DNA from: Bigelowiella natans CCMP2755
Lineage: Eukaryota > Protista > Cercozoa
Assembly: GCA_000320545.1 (NCBI GenBank)
Contig: ADNK01000431.1
Location: forward strand, 1-64,000
Length of the DNA: 64,000 bases
Reading direction: 5' to 3'
Below are positions 11,935 through 26,362 of the stretch, in pieces (the stretch's first letter is position 1; each line of letters begins with the position of its first letter). The translations under genes and the position numbers were made by a program. The notes beneath the pieces are model-generated. The model saw only the letters and a list, made by a program, of their open reading frames with translations. It searched no databases and was not told where the DNA came from.

Positions 11935-12903
11935 TGTATTATGTGTATAGCCTTCCTCAATCCATCCGCTCTGCCAACCCCCTCCCTCTCCCAAAGACTG
12001 CTGTAATGATGTGTTGAAGATATGCTGCTGCTCGACTCGACTCCCACCCTTTTCGGAAAATGCGATGCCATTAGGAGATATCCCCCCCCCCACTGGACGT
12101 AGGGGTGTTCCGCTTTCGTGACACTCCTTCACGAGGCTCTCAAGCTCCTCCAATGTTTCAGGCTGATCGTAAGAGCAGGAAGTAATGGTAAACAATCATA
12201 TTCATATCAAACATGCTTTACGGGGAGGGATGAAGGATGAAAATCAGCAGAGAAAGGTGTAAATATGCGACAGAACGAATGCTTGGAGTGCTGCGTGAAA
12301 GCTGTATGAAAGCTGCACTAGCACCTGATAAAGCATCCCCGTAACGTTATGCGTATTTGACCAGTTAGCAATCTTCGTCTCCTATTCATTAGTTGACAGC
12401 GACAAAAGTCAAAATCGGGATGTGCGGTGAAAAGGAGGGGGGGGCGTGTTGGATGTAAATCACAATTTTCAATGTTCCATCATAGCTCAAACGCTCCGGA
12501 AAAGAGACCGACGATTTCGCCTCTCGACAAGTATACATTCTATAATCACGGAGCGAGAGGGGGTAGATTTAGCTTTATACTACAACTCTTACTACTCCTT
12601 ATATTGTCGCTACCTTTCCCTTCACTGTTCGGACTGGGCCTTCAGCATTTGCAGGGAGTAGTAGCCATCCGCATCCTGCAAGAAACAACCACCGACACAC
12701 ATATGTAAATATATCTGTGCTCAAGACTCCTGCATTTTAGAACACTCACCTGCGATGGCGGCGGCTGCAGTCGCCGCTGCCACTGTCCTGGCACTCTGAA
12801 TGCTGAATCTATTACTCGTTGGCGAAAAGAATATTGACGTGACTCGCACTCGCTCAATTCTTCGCCGAGCGGAATTGCCGCAGCCTTGGAAGAATCGTTT
12901 CAT
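7041..12903 (-). CDS. GLDH: L-galactono-1,4-lactone dehydrogenase (FAD-linked, VAO family), about 20 exons, with mitochondrial-type presequence
   Basis: Exons read NWSNTH, PETLEELE...LRPVGGGISPNG, VRVQAGMRV, LTLMNYASIKEQEIGG, QAGAHGTGA, VGLGAFGVVAEVTLQ, HIRYMWLPYT, FDCGGEQ, PAPCPIEQRWT, VGVIMYLP, HWGKIE and LDPKNI. The N-terminus MKRFFQGCGNSARRR... is Arg/Ser-rich. Confidence 0.92.
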
Positions 12904-13727
12904 GATCTCGCCCTATCTATTTCGTTCTCCCTCTCTCTGCTGTTCCTGCGTTTTCCTGCTCTCCTTTGTGCTCTATGGAGTTTCCACCACGGACCTGTAG
13001 TATGGCACGAAAGCATAAACGAGAAATGTTCAGGAATCACACGATATGGTGGTCGAAACTATCGAGGAGTGAGTCGAAAATATCATGGATAAAGAGCGGG
13101 GGCAGCAAAGCAAGCCAACTTTACGGAGGTTCAAGGACGCTCAGAACGTGCGAAAGAACGAACGATAGCGTGTCAAACTCTCCATAATCTACCGTCCACC
13201 GAAACCTCCCCGGCAATAGATACTGTTGACATTTCACAGAGGATTGCAAGCCGGGGAGAGGGCAGGGCTGGCAATGCGAGCTGGGAGGAGCAAGGTTGGG
13301 GTGCTTGGCTCACGTGTCGAAATTTGTGGCCGTTCGGCCGCCGGGACCTAATTAGAGAAGAAACAGTATGCATTTATTCCCTACGACAACTTTCCATTCC
13401 CTTTTTCCCTGAAATTGATGCCGTAGGCACGAAAGTTTAGGTAAAATCGAGAAGATCTCTGAGGAGGTACTGGAAAGAACGGGGGGTATCTCGAGATTTC
13501 TCGAGACTCTGCAACATCTCAAAAAGCATCCTATTGTGGATCTGCGACAACAGGAAAGTACTCTTTTACTAGATGTTTACGACGCCGGGAACCTCCGTTC
13601 ATTGGTGAATCGCAAGATCTTTCTAGGAAAAAGCTAAAATTACGCTCAATTTATTCAATGCGTCATGATATTTACCCAAAATATCTTTGCCTATCCCCTG
13701 CGATTCTCTCCCACAATAAATCGGCAA

Positions 13728-14960
13728 ATGGCGTCCGGCTGGCTTCGCTCCAAGGGAGCCAACGAACGGCGCTTTGGGCTGGTGCTTGGCCTTGCCATAG
13801 CATTATCTGTCATGGCGATTGTTGCTATTCAAATTCAAATACATCAAGGACGGCTAGGTGATATTGTTATCCGAATCCTTTCTCTTTAATATTCATCAAC
13901 ACGATATGGCATTCGCTTGTCACGTTTTCCATGCGCATTGTTTGTGTGATTTGCGATCGCCATCACCCCAATCCATCTATTCAATGTTGTCACTAGTCTC
14001 TTATAACATTGGTCTTTACCGGTGTTTGTCATATTCATGACAACGATGGCTCGGAATTTCTCCATAGCTTCCGAAAAAAACAAACAGGCGTTCTCCGATT
14101 GAATGAATCTTAATTTCATCCCATTCAGGACCCAGTCGCATTGCAGCAACAATCATCCCCAAGGGATCTCAAGTCGTAGTTTCAAGCAGGCCATACCGCG
14201 GAGTCTCCTCCTCCTCCTCTCGAAGATGTAAAAACATGAACCCATCGCAACAAATAGACGGTGATGCACTAGGCAGGACTTACATAGCCGCTGCGAGTGG
14301 GATAGTCGCTGCGAATGGAATGGAGGAATCAGGTTGATGTTGAACGAGTGTGTAGCGACCGAGGAATCTATATCACCTGAACGAAAGTACCAAATAAGGC
14401 TCGATACATTGGAGAAAGAACCCGTATTTTTCATGTGCGCACGTAAATATCCTATCGAATGCTGAATGCAAACCGCACGCATAACTTTCAGGTGTGCAAT
14501 CGCGCTTGGAGGCGATGGAGAAAAAAATCGCACAATTAGAGAGCGAAAACTATGAGCTTAGAGCTCAGTTATCGGCGACTGCTCCCACGAATAGCGACCA
14601 TGATCAGCACCAGAGGATGGATCCATTACATTCAACGCGCCATCCTCCTGTGCAGGTAAATAAGCCACTTACAGGGTCTCTGATAGATCTCGCACGTTAT
14701 TTACTCTTATTGAAATCACAACATGATAATGTCCAACATTGACAGCATCACCATCATCATCATCATCAACAACAACAACTCTTCCGTCCTCTTCCGTCTC
14801 CCACTTCTTCTTTATTGCTATTCCTCCTTATCCCTCGTCGCTCCAATACCCTACAGACGCCTGACGAGCATCTTGAGGATTCGAGCGAGAGCGTCAATCA
14901 AGTTGTGTACGATGAACAACGAGCCTTTGCCGCGGCTGCGACTGAGGTCACTAACAATTT

Positions 14961-14998
<38 letters not shown>

Positions 14999-15771
14999 GG
15001 TTGATTACCACCACCTATAACGGCCAGAAGAAGCACAACAGCATAACACACCACACAGATCAATACAGCAGATAATGTCAATCTAGGACGATGCAGAGCC
15101 AAAAATCCTCCTCCTCCTCGTACCAACACTTTCTTGCAATAATTCCTCTCATAATACAGATTCAACAGGCGGCAGCTTCTTCCACACCATCCACCCCCCC
15201 CCCTCCTCCTCCCTCTCCTCCCCAGCAGCAGCAGCAGCAGCAGGTCTTACGCGCCCCTCCATCACCTTCTTCAATGTCTTCTTCAGCATCGTCGAGGCGC
15301 CGCAACGTGAGGAGAGAGATGAAGCCTAAAGAAAGCACACACTCGTCGTCATCGTCGTCGTCGTCGTCGTCGTCATCTTCAGATAGGGTGGTGGCATGGG
15401 GACAGCTTACTGCTGAGAAAGAACGCCTGCAAGAAGAGGAAAAACGAAGAAAGGTAGTAGCTCCTTTCCCCTCCCCCCTCCCCCCTCCCCCCTCCCCCTT
15501 CTCCTACCCCCATATTCACTCCTCCAAGCGCGAAAATATTAGTCGTAAGACCCTAGTAGATGCAAGATAAGCGTAACAAGGAGTAGGAGGAAAAGGGTTA
15601 TATCAGGAAGAATTGATGTCGGAAGTGGTCGAAAGCATCATGTGAATTAGGAGTCACCCCCTTCCCCCCCCCCCCCAGGCTGTTGAAGAAAGATCGAAAG
15701 AGCTGATCCGAATGCAGAAGAACCGGGAGAGGCTCATGCGAAACATGCCCGTCAAACCGCCGGTACATATA

Positions 15772-15818
<47 letters not shown>

Positions 15819-16927
15819 CATATATCGCAACAAAAGAGACTGACGGACTCACATGATAAGACCGATTCCATTACATTTTTGATCGTCGATATTGAGCGCT
15901 GGAGATCCCCCGTCGTCCCGCAAACATTGCGCTCTCCGCAATTTTGTGTTGACGTTTATGCGCCGTCGCATGCATGCATGTACTTTCAACCTGTCATCAC
16001 CATCATTATCATTAATCACCATCACCATCATCATCATCATCATCATCATCGTCGTCGTCGTCGTCGTCGTTTTCGTGTTGGTAAGAATACCACTTGTACG
16101 CACTCATATACTCACACATCAGCGTCACGAAACAGTGGCTGCTGCTTTAAACGGAGTGTCTTCTTCTTCATCGGCACCCTCCCCAGTTTCAGCCCCCCCC
16201 CCTGCCGGAGAGGTGGCAAAGATTGTCGGGGGGCTTCGGCCTTTCAAGCCAGCTGAAACCGCGGCCGAGAAAGCACCTACGTCAGGGTGAAGAAAGACGA
16301 TGAAAAGGATGATGATGATGATGACGATGACGATGGGAGATGTGTACTGATTGGTGTTTCTTTTCCTCCTCCTGCTCCTCCTGCTCGCCTTCTCTGTGCT
16401 TCTTTATATGTTTGGCACCACAAAATAATAAAACAGATATATTGGAGACATTCATAGCCCCACTCTGCGTTGGGAGCAAAATGACGAGTAATAATATTTA
16501 TACATGTGTATATATATAGGAAGATGATGATGATGATAATGATGATGATGCGTATCACTATCGCTGTTTTCTCTGAGACTTCACACAAATTATACAGAGT
16601 CCAGTATTGTGTAAAGGGGTAGTAGTAGTAGTAGTAGTAGTAGTAGTTGGCTATTCTCAAAAATGATGAACGACGTTGCCCCCACCCCCCCCCTCCCAGT
16701 CTTTCTGCATGTGTGTTTCTATCTCCCTCATCAATCATGCACTACTATAACTATTTACTATTACTGCTACTGCTACTGCTACTGCTACTGCTACTCTGTT
16801 GTGCTTAGAAACCTCGATGTGACAGTATATCTACCCGTTACGACGTGGATCAGGCAAAAAGACCAGTTGGTGAGTACCACTTCTACTACTTCTACTACTT
16901 CTACTACATCTACTACTAGCAATTCCA

Positions 16928-16962
<35 letters not shown>

Positions 16963-17785
16963 CACATTGCACGATGTGGTAACAAAGTGCTGTTTTATTA
17001 TTAATGATGATGATGATGATGATGATGTGCAGAACTGCGATTTCAGCGAAGACGGGTTCATTCTATACAAAGGGTACGTAATCGTTGAGGAGCAGGAGGG
17101 GGGGAGTGAAGATAATGCGCGAATGTTTAATATGCATGCGTCGGTGTTATTCTGGTGTGTGTGAATAAAGCACGGACGGTGCTGGTATCATTTCGTGTTA
17201 GAGTGACAACGATGGTGATGGTGGTGATAATGAGAGTCCTTTTCGTATGCATTTGTCGCTGTGTGTGCGTGTGGACGCACGTTGCATTCTCTTCCGACGA
17301 ATCATCTTGTTCCCAGGGCGCAGATAACCGAGAACATCCTGCACAAGGTCAATGTCGGCGGCAAAATTCTCCCCCGACATTGGTAATGACTGCCATCGTC
17401 ATCGTTGTCAGTCCCATCCTCATTTTTGTCTTCAGAATGCATGCATGCGTGATGATGATGATGGCGATGATGATGATGATGATGATTCATGGCAAAGTCG
17501 CCGTCGTGGATTTGCGTTCATGAGCATCTATCTACAAATTACAGTCACCGGCGAAGTGTATATCAAATAACAGTGTTTTCATCGTCATGTTTAAATCCTC
17601 CTCCTCATCGTCATCATCTTGACTTCGTCGTTGTTGCTCCTGTCTATATCTCTATCAGCGGGTGGGAATGGTACTACAATAACCCGTATCAAGTCAAGAT
17701 CAACATGTACAAAGCAAAGGACTCCCGCGAGTTGTGGAACTCTCCAATATTAACCCCTCCGGGTGAAGAAGAAGGCAGGAGATAA
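13728..17785 (+). CDS. Hypothetical type II membrane protein (N-terminal TM, coiled coil, Pro/Ser-rich stem, small C-terminal domain)
   Basis: First exon MASGWLRSKGANERRFGLVLGLAIALSVMAIVAIQI; coiled coil SRLEAMEKKIAQLESENYELRAQL; last exon WEWYYNNPYQVKINMYK...EEEGRR*. Confidence 0.6.
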
Positions 17786-18566
17786 TAATATACAACGGGA
17801 TCCAAACTAAATTCTCCCCTGCAGCCAACATCGTGCGTCGCATTAGTGCTTGTGCTGATTGGAGAGGCCTGGAAGGAGGTTGGCAGTCACAATATATAAC
17901 GAGAAGCATCCAACCTGCCGCAAGAGAGGATGGCGTTGCTGGTAGCGTAATGACGACTACATTTGCACAAAATAGAGCTTGCAACGAACGAATTTCTTCA
18001 AATGCAATGACCTCATCATGTAAAAAATTCAACGATTGAAGTCCTACAGAAAATATAAGCGAATGCAACCATTCGGGATGTTGTGCTAGTGTGTGAAAAC
18101 GTATGTGAGAATACATGCACGTCTAGCTCCAAATCCCAATGAAGCTAGAGTTAGCGCTTGCAGCTGTAGAACAGACACTGCAGCTATAGGCCATGCGATA
18201 CATGCACGACTGTGTGGGTTGCATACTTTCGAATCTTTCAGCCGGATGGCTTTCATTTTGAGCGATCAACTGCGCTGCTGTGCGCTATGCGTATGAATGC
18301 TTTTTGAGGAGAACTAGAGTACATGCATGCCTAGCTAGCTGCTAGCTTATTTGACCATCATTAACATCTATCGATCATCGATTCCCGCTACGTACGTAGC
18401 GATGTACAGTGTATATCGTCTGCAAACTTGTCTAGTAATAGTATATATTATGATTAGAAACTGTACGGCATGCTGTCCTTCTCTATTTCGACCACACGCT
18501 CAACGAATGCTAGCAGAAACCACGATGAAAAAGGCAAGGCGCAATAAGATTTCATTGCGTTATTCA

Positions 18567-18914
18567 TTAATGCCGCTTTGCCGATGAGCACTCTGAGCCG
18601 CCAACAACACCCTCCCATAGCTTTCCTATTTGCGGCACGCGCCTGTAAAACGCCTCCCATTCTGGAGATGGCTTCCAGGGCCGCCCCTCCGGAAAGGGCA
18701 GAGTCTTCCCTACAGCGTGAAGCACTCCGAATAATCCTCCGAGACCTTCGCGTCGATGGCAAATAATCCATAAAACGCAACAACCAGCACACAGCGTGTC
18801 ATTTTGAAGAACGATCCCGTCTCCATCAAAGGTGCAGCAATGAGTCGGATGTAAATAATACAAGCGATGTATACGACAATAGCGTTTGTTTAGAATTGCA
18901 GTATGTGAACATGT

Positions 18915-18960
<46 letters not shown>

Positions 18961-19259
18961 CATATACAATATATTATATAATACTCCGCACCTCCTGAGT
19001 TTCCGGCCGTTCGATCGACAGAATAGCCTCCAGTCATCGCATAGCACTTCCCTTTGCGATCGAAGCGGAAGCTCAGCACCTGCGGCGTCGTGGTGACCAC
19101 CTTGCCAGTTGGGGGGAGCTTCATTCCTCCGAAGTTGAGAGTTCCAGAATGGACGAGCCTTGCTCGGGACATGAACCTGTGCAGCAGGAAGAAGAAGAAG
19201 AAGAAGAAGAAGAAGAAGAAGAAGAAAGGAAGAGAGAGAGAGAGAGTATGTGAGAGAGC

Positions 19260-19298
<39 letters not shown>

Positions 19299-19632
19299 TA
19301 CCCCCGCTGTCACTTACAACTGGGGCGATGATGACTAAGTTGTGCTATCTATTCTTTTGTTTTCTCTACAGTTTTAGAGTGATGGTGCCAATAATACAAC
19401 CACCGATCAATGCAGTTTTTGAGTGATGGTGCCAATAATACAACCACCGATCAATTTACATCATAGCAAGTAGGTAGTAAGTACCACACGCGATTCGGCT
19501 CTAATGGGTCGCATTGGAACCCAAAGAAATTTGCTGATGTGAGGAAGGGGAGGAGGAAGAGGAAGCAAATAAGTATATTTACAATAATATCGCTAAATTT
19601 CCTCCCTTCAATCATCGTTTATATTATCATCC

Positions 19633-19664
<32 letters not shown>

Positions 19665-19789
19665 TCTTCATGGCGTTTATCTTCTTCTTTCTTAACCAGG
19701 AGGATTGAAATATAAATGGTGTTTCTTCCAAAAGGAGCACAGGGAGAGAGGACGAAGAGGGGGGAGAGGACGAGAGACTAAGAGAGTGT

Positions 19790-19832
<43 letters not shown>

Positions 19833-20889
19833 TGTAACTTGTGTGGGAGGGGAGAGTACATTGAGAATCCGGAAAGGCGTCCGCCACCTTAAAGGACGAG
19901 AATGCCTTCACAAACTCTGCCTTGTCCAGTGGTCCAACCACAGGAAAGATGAACCTGAATGATGATGATGATGAGGAGGAAATTGGTAAATTTAATAAGA
20001 ATGCATGGAGTCAGCTGGTGAGAAAAACGAAGGATGCAAGGAGGAGGAACACGTAGCATTAAACGTACGAACTCTCTTCAATTCATTTTCGGTGAAATTC
20101 CTCTGTGGGGTGATGCCAGAGTATACAAAATAAATACACAGTACGCCGATCTCGAGATTGAATTGAAGAATTCTGGCAATAGTCGATGTTGTTTCTGAAT
20201 AGGTGGCTCCATAGTTGCCGGTGTGGTGTTTCTGTCTATTTTGTTCAAAAGTTTTTGTTTGGAATATCTGTGCACTCTACTGGAAATCTTCTGCGAGAAG
20301 CTCAGTCTTCGTACAGCCGAACTCCGTGGCGCACAGTTCTTTAGCCTTCGTGACCAGCTCATCGGGTTTCAGTGGGAATCTGTGTTGTAGTTGCGGTAAT
20401 GTTTGAACAACTTGTTCGATGATGATGATGATGCACACTCAGCTTCAAAATGCAGCATTTTACTACTTGGATTTTGCCAGACTGGTCTTCTCATCGATGA
20501 ACATGCACATCAGTCTCTTGCCATCATCCGTCTCCCCCTTCATCAGCGCCTTCGATGGCGCACAGTATTCTGGAGTGTTTTCCTCCCGAGGCGAATGAGG
20601 AACGAGGAGGTCGCGGTAGACAGACGCGCCTATTTACCCAATACGGCATGATAATAAAAAATCGATTTGATGACGATGTGTGTGTAAGAAATTGCCTCCT
20701 CCCATCCCTTTCCTTCCCTCTTCTTCTTCTTCTTCTTGTTCTACCAAAGTAAGAGAGCACGGCAAGCGTTGAGTCGAGTGTCCATTGTATGATGGAGATT
20801 AAAATTCCTGCAACTATGCACGCCGCGATAGCAAAGCTATGCAAGGAGGCCTGGTACAAGAACCCGGGGATTCTTAGAAAGTTGACCAT
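18567..20889 (-). CDS. Conserved algal SnoaL/NTF2-like uncharacterised protein with N-terminal hydrophobic segment
   Basis: Exons FPLKPDELVTKAK...LLAEDFQ, FIFPVVGPLDKAEF...DAFPD, NFFGFQCDPLEPNRVW, HSGTLNFGG...PTGKVV...PQVLSFRFD...GGYSVDR, LGGLFGVLHAVGKTLPFPEGRPW. The family was recognised from memory, not by search. Confidence 0.75.
19369..19455. repeat. Intronic 44-bp direct tandem duplication
   Basis: Two copies of cagtttt(a/t)gagtgatggtgccaataatacaaccaccgatcaat. Confidence 0.9.
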
Positions 20890-21910
20890 GGGGAGGTCGG
20901 CTCTCGAAGCTCGTGAGTTGGCGACGTCGATTTGGGTTCTCGCAAAGTGTGGCTATGAGCTCGCCGCAGTTTCGGAAGGACAAATTGGTTGTCGCAGGGA
21001 TCAGATCTATTGCATTTGTATCCTATGTCAATCCCATCAAAAAGAAAAACGCCATTGGAAAATCACGGGATTTGCTCCGCTGCGACAACGATATCGTAAG
21101 ATTGTTGCTAGATACCTTGGATCAATACGAGGGTGGTTGTCACAACGTCGCTTGATGCGCAAAATCTTGTGCAGCCTGAATGGAGCAACACAGAGCTCCC
21201 AATTTTTGGGATAGGATTGCGAGCATCCAATCAATATTTTTAATGCGACATGAAAATATGGATGTCGTTGTGCCCTTATTCAAGGCCTGGTCACTACCAG
21301 ATTTCTCCATACAGTGGCATTTTTTCAGGCTTTTGTGAGCGCGAGCCACAGTCTCGACTTCGAAAATTTCTTATACTTTTTCACCATACGTCAATTCACA
21401 ACCCATATTTTAAAGGAAAATAACACGGCGTTTAACAATCCAAACAGTGAGCTTTCCGCGAACAACTTCTGAGACGAGGATTTGGCGAAAAAAATGGCTG
21501 ACGGTGGCTACGGACAGGTGTGTTTTTGTTCGCGAAAGGGGTGCAAAGATGAAAAAAAAATCCAGCGACTCTGGAACTATAAGTAAATATAAGCGATGGA
21601 ATTGTGTAGTTGCTGTTATTGCTGAGCCCCGTGCGGAATAATCGTCATTGTTGGTTGTTGACACGTTAACACGTGTCTCACAAATCACACTACGGCAGAA
21701 TTCTTCCAAACGAAATTTTCAGACAAATATTTTTTAAAATTCTTGGCGATTCTTTTCCATTCGTTTTGTTAATGCTGTTTGCACAGAACACCCTAAATCT
21801 GCATCACAATTTGTCTTGTAGTCTGCGTGTGCCATGCAAATGTACCATCGCACATGCTAATCCAGATTCCTCTTTCCATTTCCTCCTCTTGGGTGATGAT
21901 GCCGTAGGCA

Positions 21911-22664
21911 ATGATGGGTGCCGTCGCCTTCGTCACAAGAAGACTACTTAGTGTCGATGAAGGAGAGAGCGTTTGCGGCAACGAAGTAGGAGGCGACACG
22001 TGTGATGTTGATGCTGCCGGCGACGAGGAGGGAGGTTTGCTGTCCACGACTATATTCTGGATTTTCTTGGGCGGCTGTGCCTACATGGCTTGGAGCATAT
22101 TCGCTGAGGTCTGCTCGCGTGTGCGCCATCCCATCCCGGGGTTTCCCTAAATTTTAAAATAACATAAACCTAGGTGTGGAAGGTACGTGCGAGGATGGGG
22201 CTCCTGACGAAGAAAGTCTCGTTGATGGAGATTCTAGGCTACCGAGCCGATCTTTACTTCTCGTCTGATCCTCTGTCGAAGCCCATTGCGCTCCTCTGCA
22301 TGACTCAGGTGCTGATACTCTTCGGAGGGATGCTTCTCTACGCTGTTTCGCCGGACGGCACGCTCCCCGGCAAGATATGGCAAGCTTGGGTCTTTGTTGC
22401 TGATTCTGCCGCGCATGCGGATTATGGGACTTCCACGGAGCGACTCGTTTCGTTCGTGCTCACGATTTGTGGAATGCTGGTCGTGTTAACAGCAGTTGTA
22501 GTAGCTGTTGTATGTAGTTGTAGTTGTAGTTGTCGTTGTTGATATAGTAGCAGAGAAAGGAATAGGAATATAGTAGATTGTGTGTATGTGTGTGTTTGTG
22601 TGTGTGTGTGTGTTATTATTTCTGCAGAGATGCACACAGGGATATGTATCACACGTAAACGTTA

Positions 22665-22706
<42 letters not shown>

Positions 22707-23535
22707 ACATATGTGGATATGTGTGTGTTGTGTGTTAGCGCGTGCTGTTGAATGTGTAAGTAAGTGCTGTTGAATGTGTAAGTAAGTGCTGTTGAATGTG
22801 TAAGTAAGTGCTGTGGAATGATGATAATGGTAGCCTAACGAACCACATGGGGAGTGAACGTATTTGTCGGGTTCTCCTTCATCATTTTCCCTCATCCTCC
22901 TCCTCCTCCTTCGCCGCCACCTTTCCTCCTTCTAAACACTTCTTCTGCCATGCTACTCCTACTACTTTTACACTGCTACTACTCCTTGTAGGTGTTTGGA
23001 TTCCTAGTGGGGATTGTGACCGATACGATAAGCGAGAAAGTTGATCAGCTGAAAAAGGGTTGCAATTCCTGCAAATCTATAAAAAAGGAAAATGAAGAAG
23101 AGGAGAAACACCCATCATTTCCCCTTCCTAGCTACCTACTGAACCACCGCATTTTGCAGTACGACAAAAAATAATAGCAGCAATAACCTAATAGCCCCTT
23201 TAATGCGTATTTGCGGGTTCGTTGATTCGGTCGTATGCTTGTGCAGGAAAGAGTGCGGTGCTAGAGTCGGGGCACACGCTGATACTCAACTGGAGCAACA
23301 AGGTAGTAGCCTGCTACTACTACTACTTCCTATACACTAGAACAACTAGTGAGCTCCATTGCCATCCTCCTCCTCCTCCTCATCATCATCATCGACGTCA
23401 TCATGATGCAGGTCATCCCGGTTATCGACGAGATCTGCCAGGCAAATGAGAGCGAGGGGGGCGGCACGGTATGCCTTTCGCGTCGAGCGATGATGACTTC
23501 TTGCCACAACAAACAAATAACAACCATTGCTATTC

Positions 23536-23569
<34 letters not shown>

Positions 23570-24112
23570 CGCTGTTACTACTGCGACGACGACGACGGCG
23601 ATGATGAAGAAGAGCACACCAATCATAATAAGAGACTTCTATATATCATGTTAAGATATACATCGCATGCAGGTGGTAGTGCTCGCCGAGCGTGATAAGG
23701 AGGAGATGGAACAGGAGATCTTAGAGTCGCTAACAGACCTGCGGAGCACGAAGGTCGTCGTGCGCTCCGGTAGCCCCATCCTCGCCTTCGACTTGAAGAA
23801 GGTAGCTGTTTCCTCTGCACGCGCTATCATCGTCATGTCGCAAGATAACCTGGAACCGGATGAATCGGATGCCATGGCTCTCCGCGTGACCCTCTCTCTG
23901 ACGAGTCTCGAGAAGCTCGAGGGGCATATAACCGTGGAGCTGAGCGACGTGGACAATCGCCACCTCATTGAGCTCGTCGGCCGCCAAAAGTAGTACTCGT
24001 CGTGGATGTCGTTGTAGTTGTTGTTGTTGTTGTCGTCGTCGTTTCTGCCTCCCACCGGTTCTCCGCTGCTGCGCGCGCGTAAGCGTGCGTGTGCGTCTTG
24101 CGGATCACTGTT

Positions 24113-24168
<56 letters not shown>

Positions 24169-24321
24169 CCCTTCGTCGGTTGATTTGTTGGCGGCGTTTG
24201 GAGTGAGTGAGTGAGTGAGTGAGTGAGTGAATGATGCGTGAAAATTAGGGTGGAGACAATCGTGTCGCACGATCTAATCGGAAGGATTATGATTCAGTGC
24301 GCGCGGCAGGTAGTGGATGTG

Positions 24322-24356
<35 letters not shown>

Positions 24357-24397
24357 AGTGGTAGTAGTTGTTGTCGTCATCGTCCTAGCGCATATTC

Positions 24398-24436
<39 letters not shown>

Positions 24437-24809
24437 CTCAAGATTTCATACATTGTACCACACATTCACGTAGACAACACGATTCTACACGTAATTTGTG
24501 TATTATCTCCATATTCTTGTCACATAACGATGCACACGAATGATATCTTCGCAGCCCGGCCTCGCGCGCGTTTTGGACTCCTTGCTCGGTTTCGAGGTGA
24601 TACTTCAGAGAAGCGGCACCGCTCGCGATCATTCCTACACAACAAAATATAAACATCCTGATAGAGTATCATCAACAACATATTCTCGCTTCTCATCGCT
24701 ATGTTATCTTGGAGCTGGGTTTCCGACTTCAGAAGAAAACCCCATGTTTTCTGTCCAGCAAATTTTGTGAATTTTGTGTATTTTGTTACATCGTCGAGTT
24801 GTTTGCTTG

Positions 24810-24846
<37 letters not shown>

Positions 24847-25337
24847 TATCATCACCATAATCGTCCAACATCGTGCAGGGCCATGAATTTTACTTCTCCA
24901 AGCACCCGGAACTTGACGGTAGTATGTACATCAAGCTAACAACATGATGATATCTTTCAGCATCGACCAACAGCAACAGTAGCGTGTGTGTATGTGGTCA
25001 CTGCAGATTGATGCATATATTTAGGAAGTTTTGGCGGTTTTGAGTAATAGTGATTGACAACGGGGAAATTTTCGGAAATGTTGCTGTTGTTGTTTCAGTC
25101 TATTGTTGTTGTTTTAGTCTATTGTTATTGTTTTAGTCGTTGTTGCTAGTGTAGGAAACGACGGACCTCACCCCCCTCTTATTTCAATCATCATCGTGTT
25201 TTAGGAAAGAACTTCGCAGAGGCATCGTTCATGTTCCCGGATGCAGTGCTGCTGGGGATAAAGCCAAAAGACTGCGAAAGAGTGAGACTTTAGCCTATAT
25301 AATATACAACATTTGTCTCCTTTTATAGCATCACTAC

Positions 25338-25369
<32 letters not shown>

Positions 25370-26326
25370 GTCACGCAGCCACTCAGCACGCAATCAAAAT
25401 CAATATTGTTTGGTTCTGATGCCCCTCGATTATAACGGTTGGGTGACCATCAACCCCGAGGGAGCCCGGATATTCCACCCCGGGGAGGAGGTCGGGAACG
25501 GAGGATATGATGATGACGATGATGATGATAATGAGCCAATAGGGGGGGGGGGGAGGAGGTGGTGGTGGAGGAGGAGGAGGAGGAAGTCGAAGAATATAAC
25601 ATTAGAAGAATAAGCAAAAAATAAGCTCGCGCGTCGTCTATCAATTCTCAATTCTCCCTTTTCCTCTTCCTTCAGGTGCTGGTCCTTGCAGAAGATGACG
25701 ACACGTATGAGGTGAAACAGGAGCCATCGAGTTTGGAGCTCAAGGTAAATCTCTTAAATGCCACTTCCGTTTTCGCTGCTCAGTTACGTAGCGCTACTAT
25801 TTTCCATCGTCATCATCGTCATTTGTTCCAATCATTATCATTATGTCTTCATTTATTTCATGAATATTCAATTCTAATTTGTCATCAATCGTCGTCGTTA
25901 CATCAGCAATGGACAGGCTCGCAAAAAGACATGCCATCCATCAAAACCCAAGACCAAAAGCCTGAGCGAGTGCGTTTCTGACTATGAATCTACTACTACT
26001 ACTACTACCACTACTACTATTACTACTATGAATTCATAAATACCTTCAATAGCCACATCTACAATCGTCCATTTTGTTTTCAAATCTTCCAGCGGTTATT
26101 ATGCTAGTTTTTCAGCAGCAGCAGCAGGAGGAGGAGGAGCAGCCACGACCGATGGCGACTCGATATTATTCATTTACCCATTTGTTTCGTTTGTTTTGTT
26201 TGCGTTAAGGTGCTGTTCATTGGGTGGAGGCGTGATCTGGACGATATGATCGTGCAATTAGATGAGTATGTGGCGATGATGATGACGATGACGACGATGA
26301 TGATGATGCTGAAGATAACGATATTC

Positions 26327-26362
<36 letters not shown>

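Noticed and set aside
22742-22820. CRISPR-like array (also 19369-19455 and 55948-56038)
   Set aside because: These are head-to-tail tandem units with no spacers, in a eukaryotic intron or 3' flank.
25285-25432. Apparent non-canonical acceptor before TTATAACGG in the channel gene
   Set aside because: A canonical CAG at ~25378 gives an in-frame join (D-HSARNQ...PLDYNGW).
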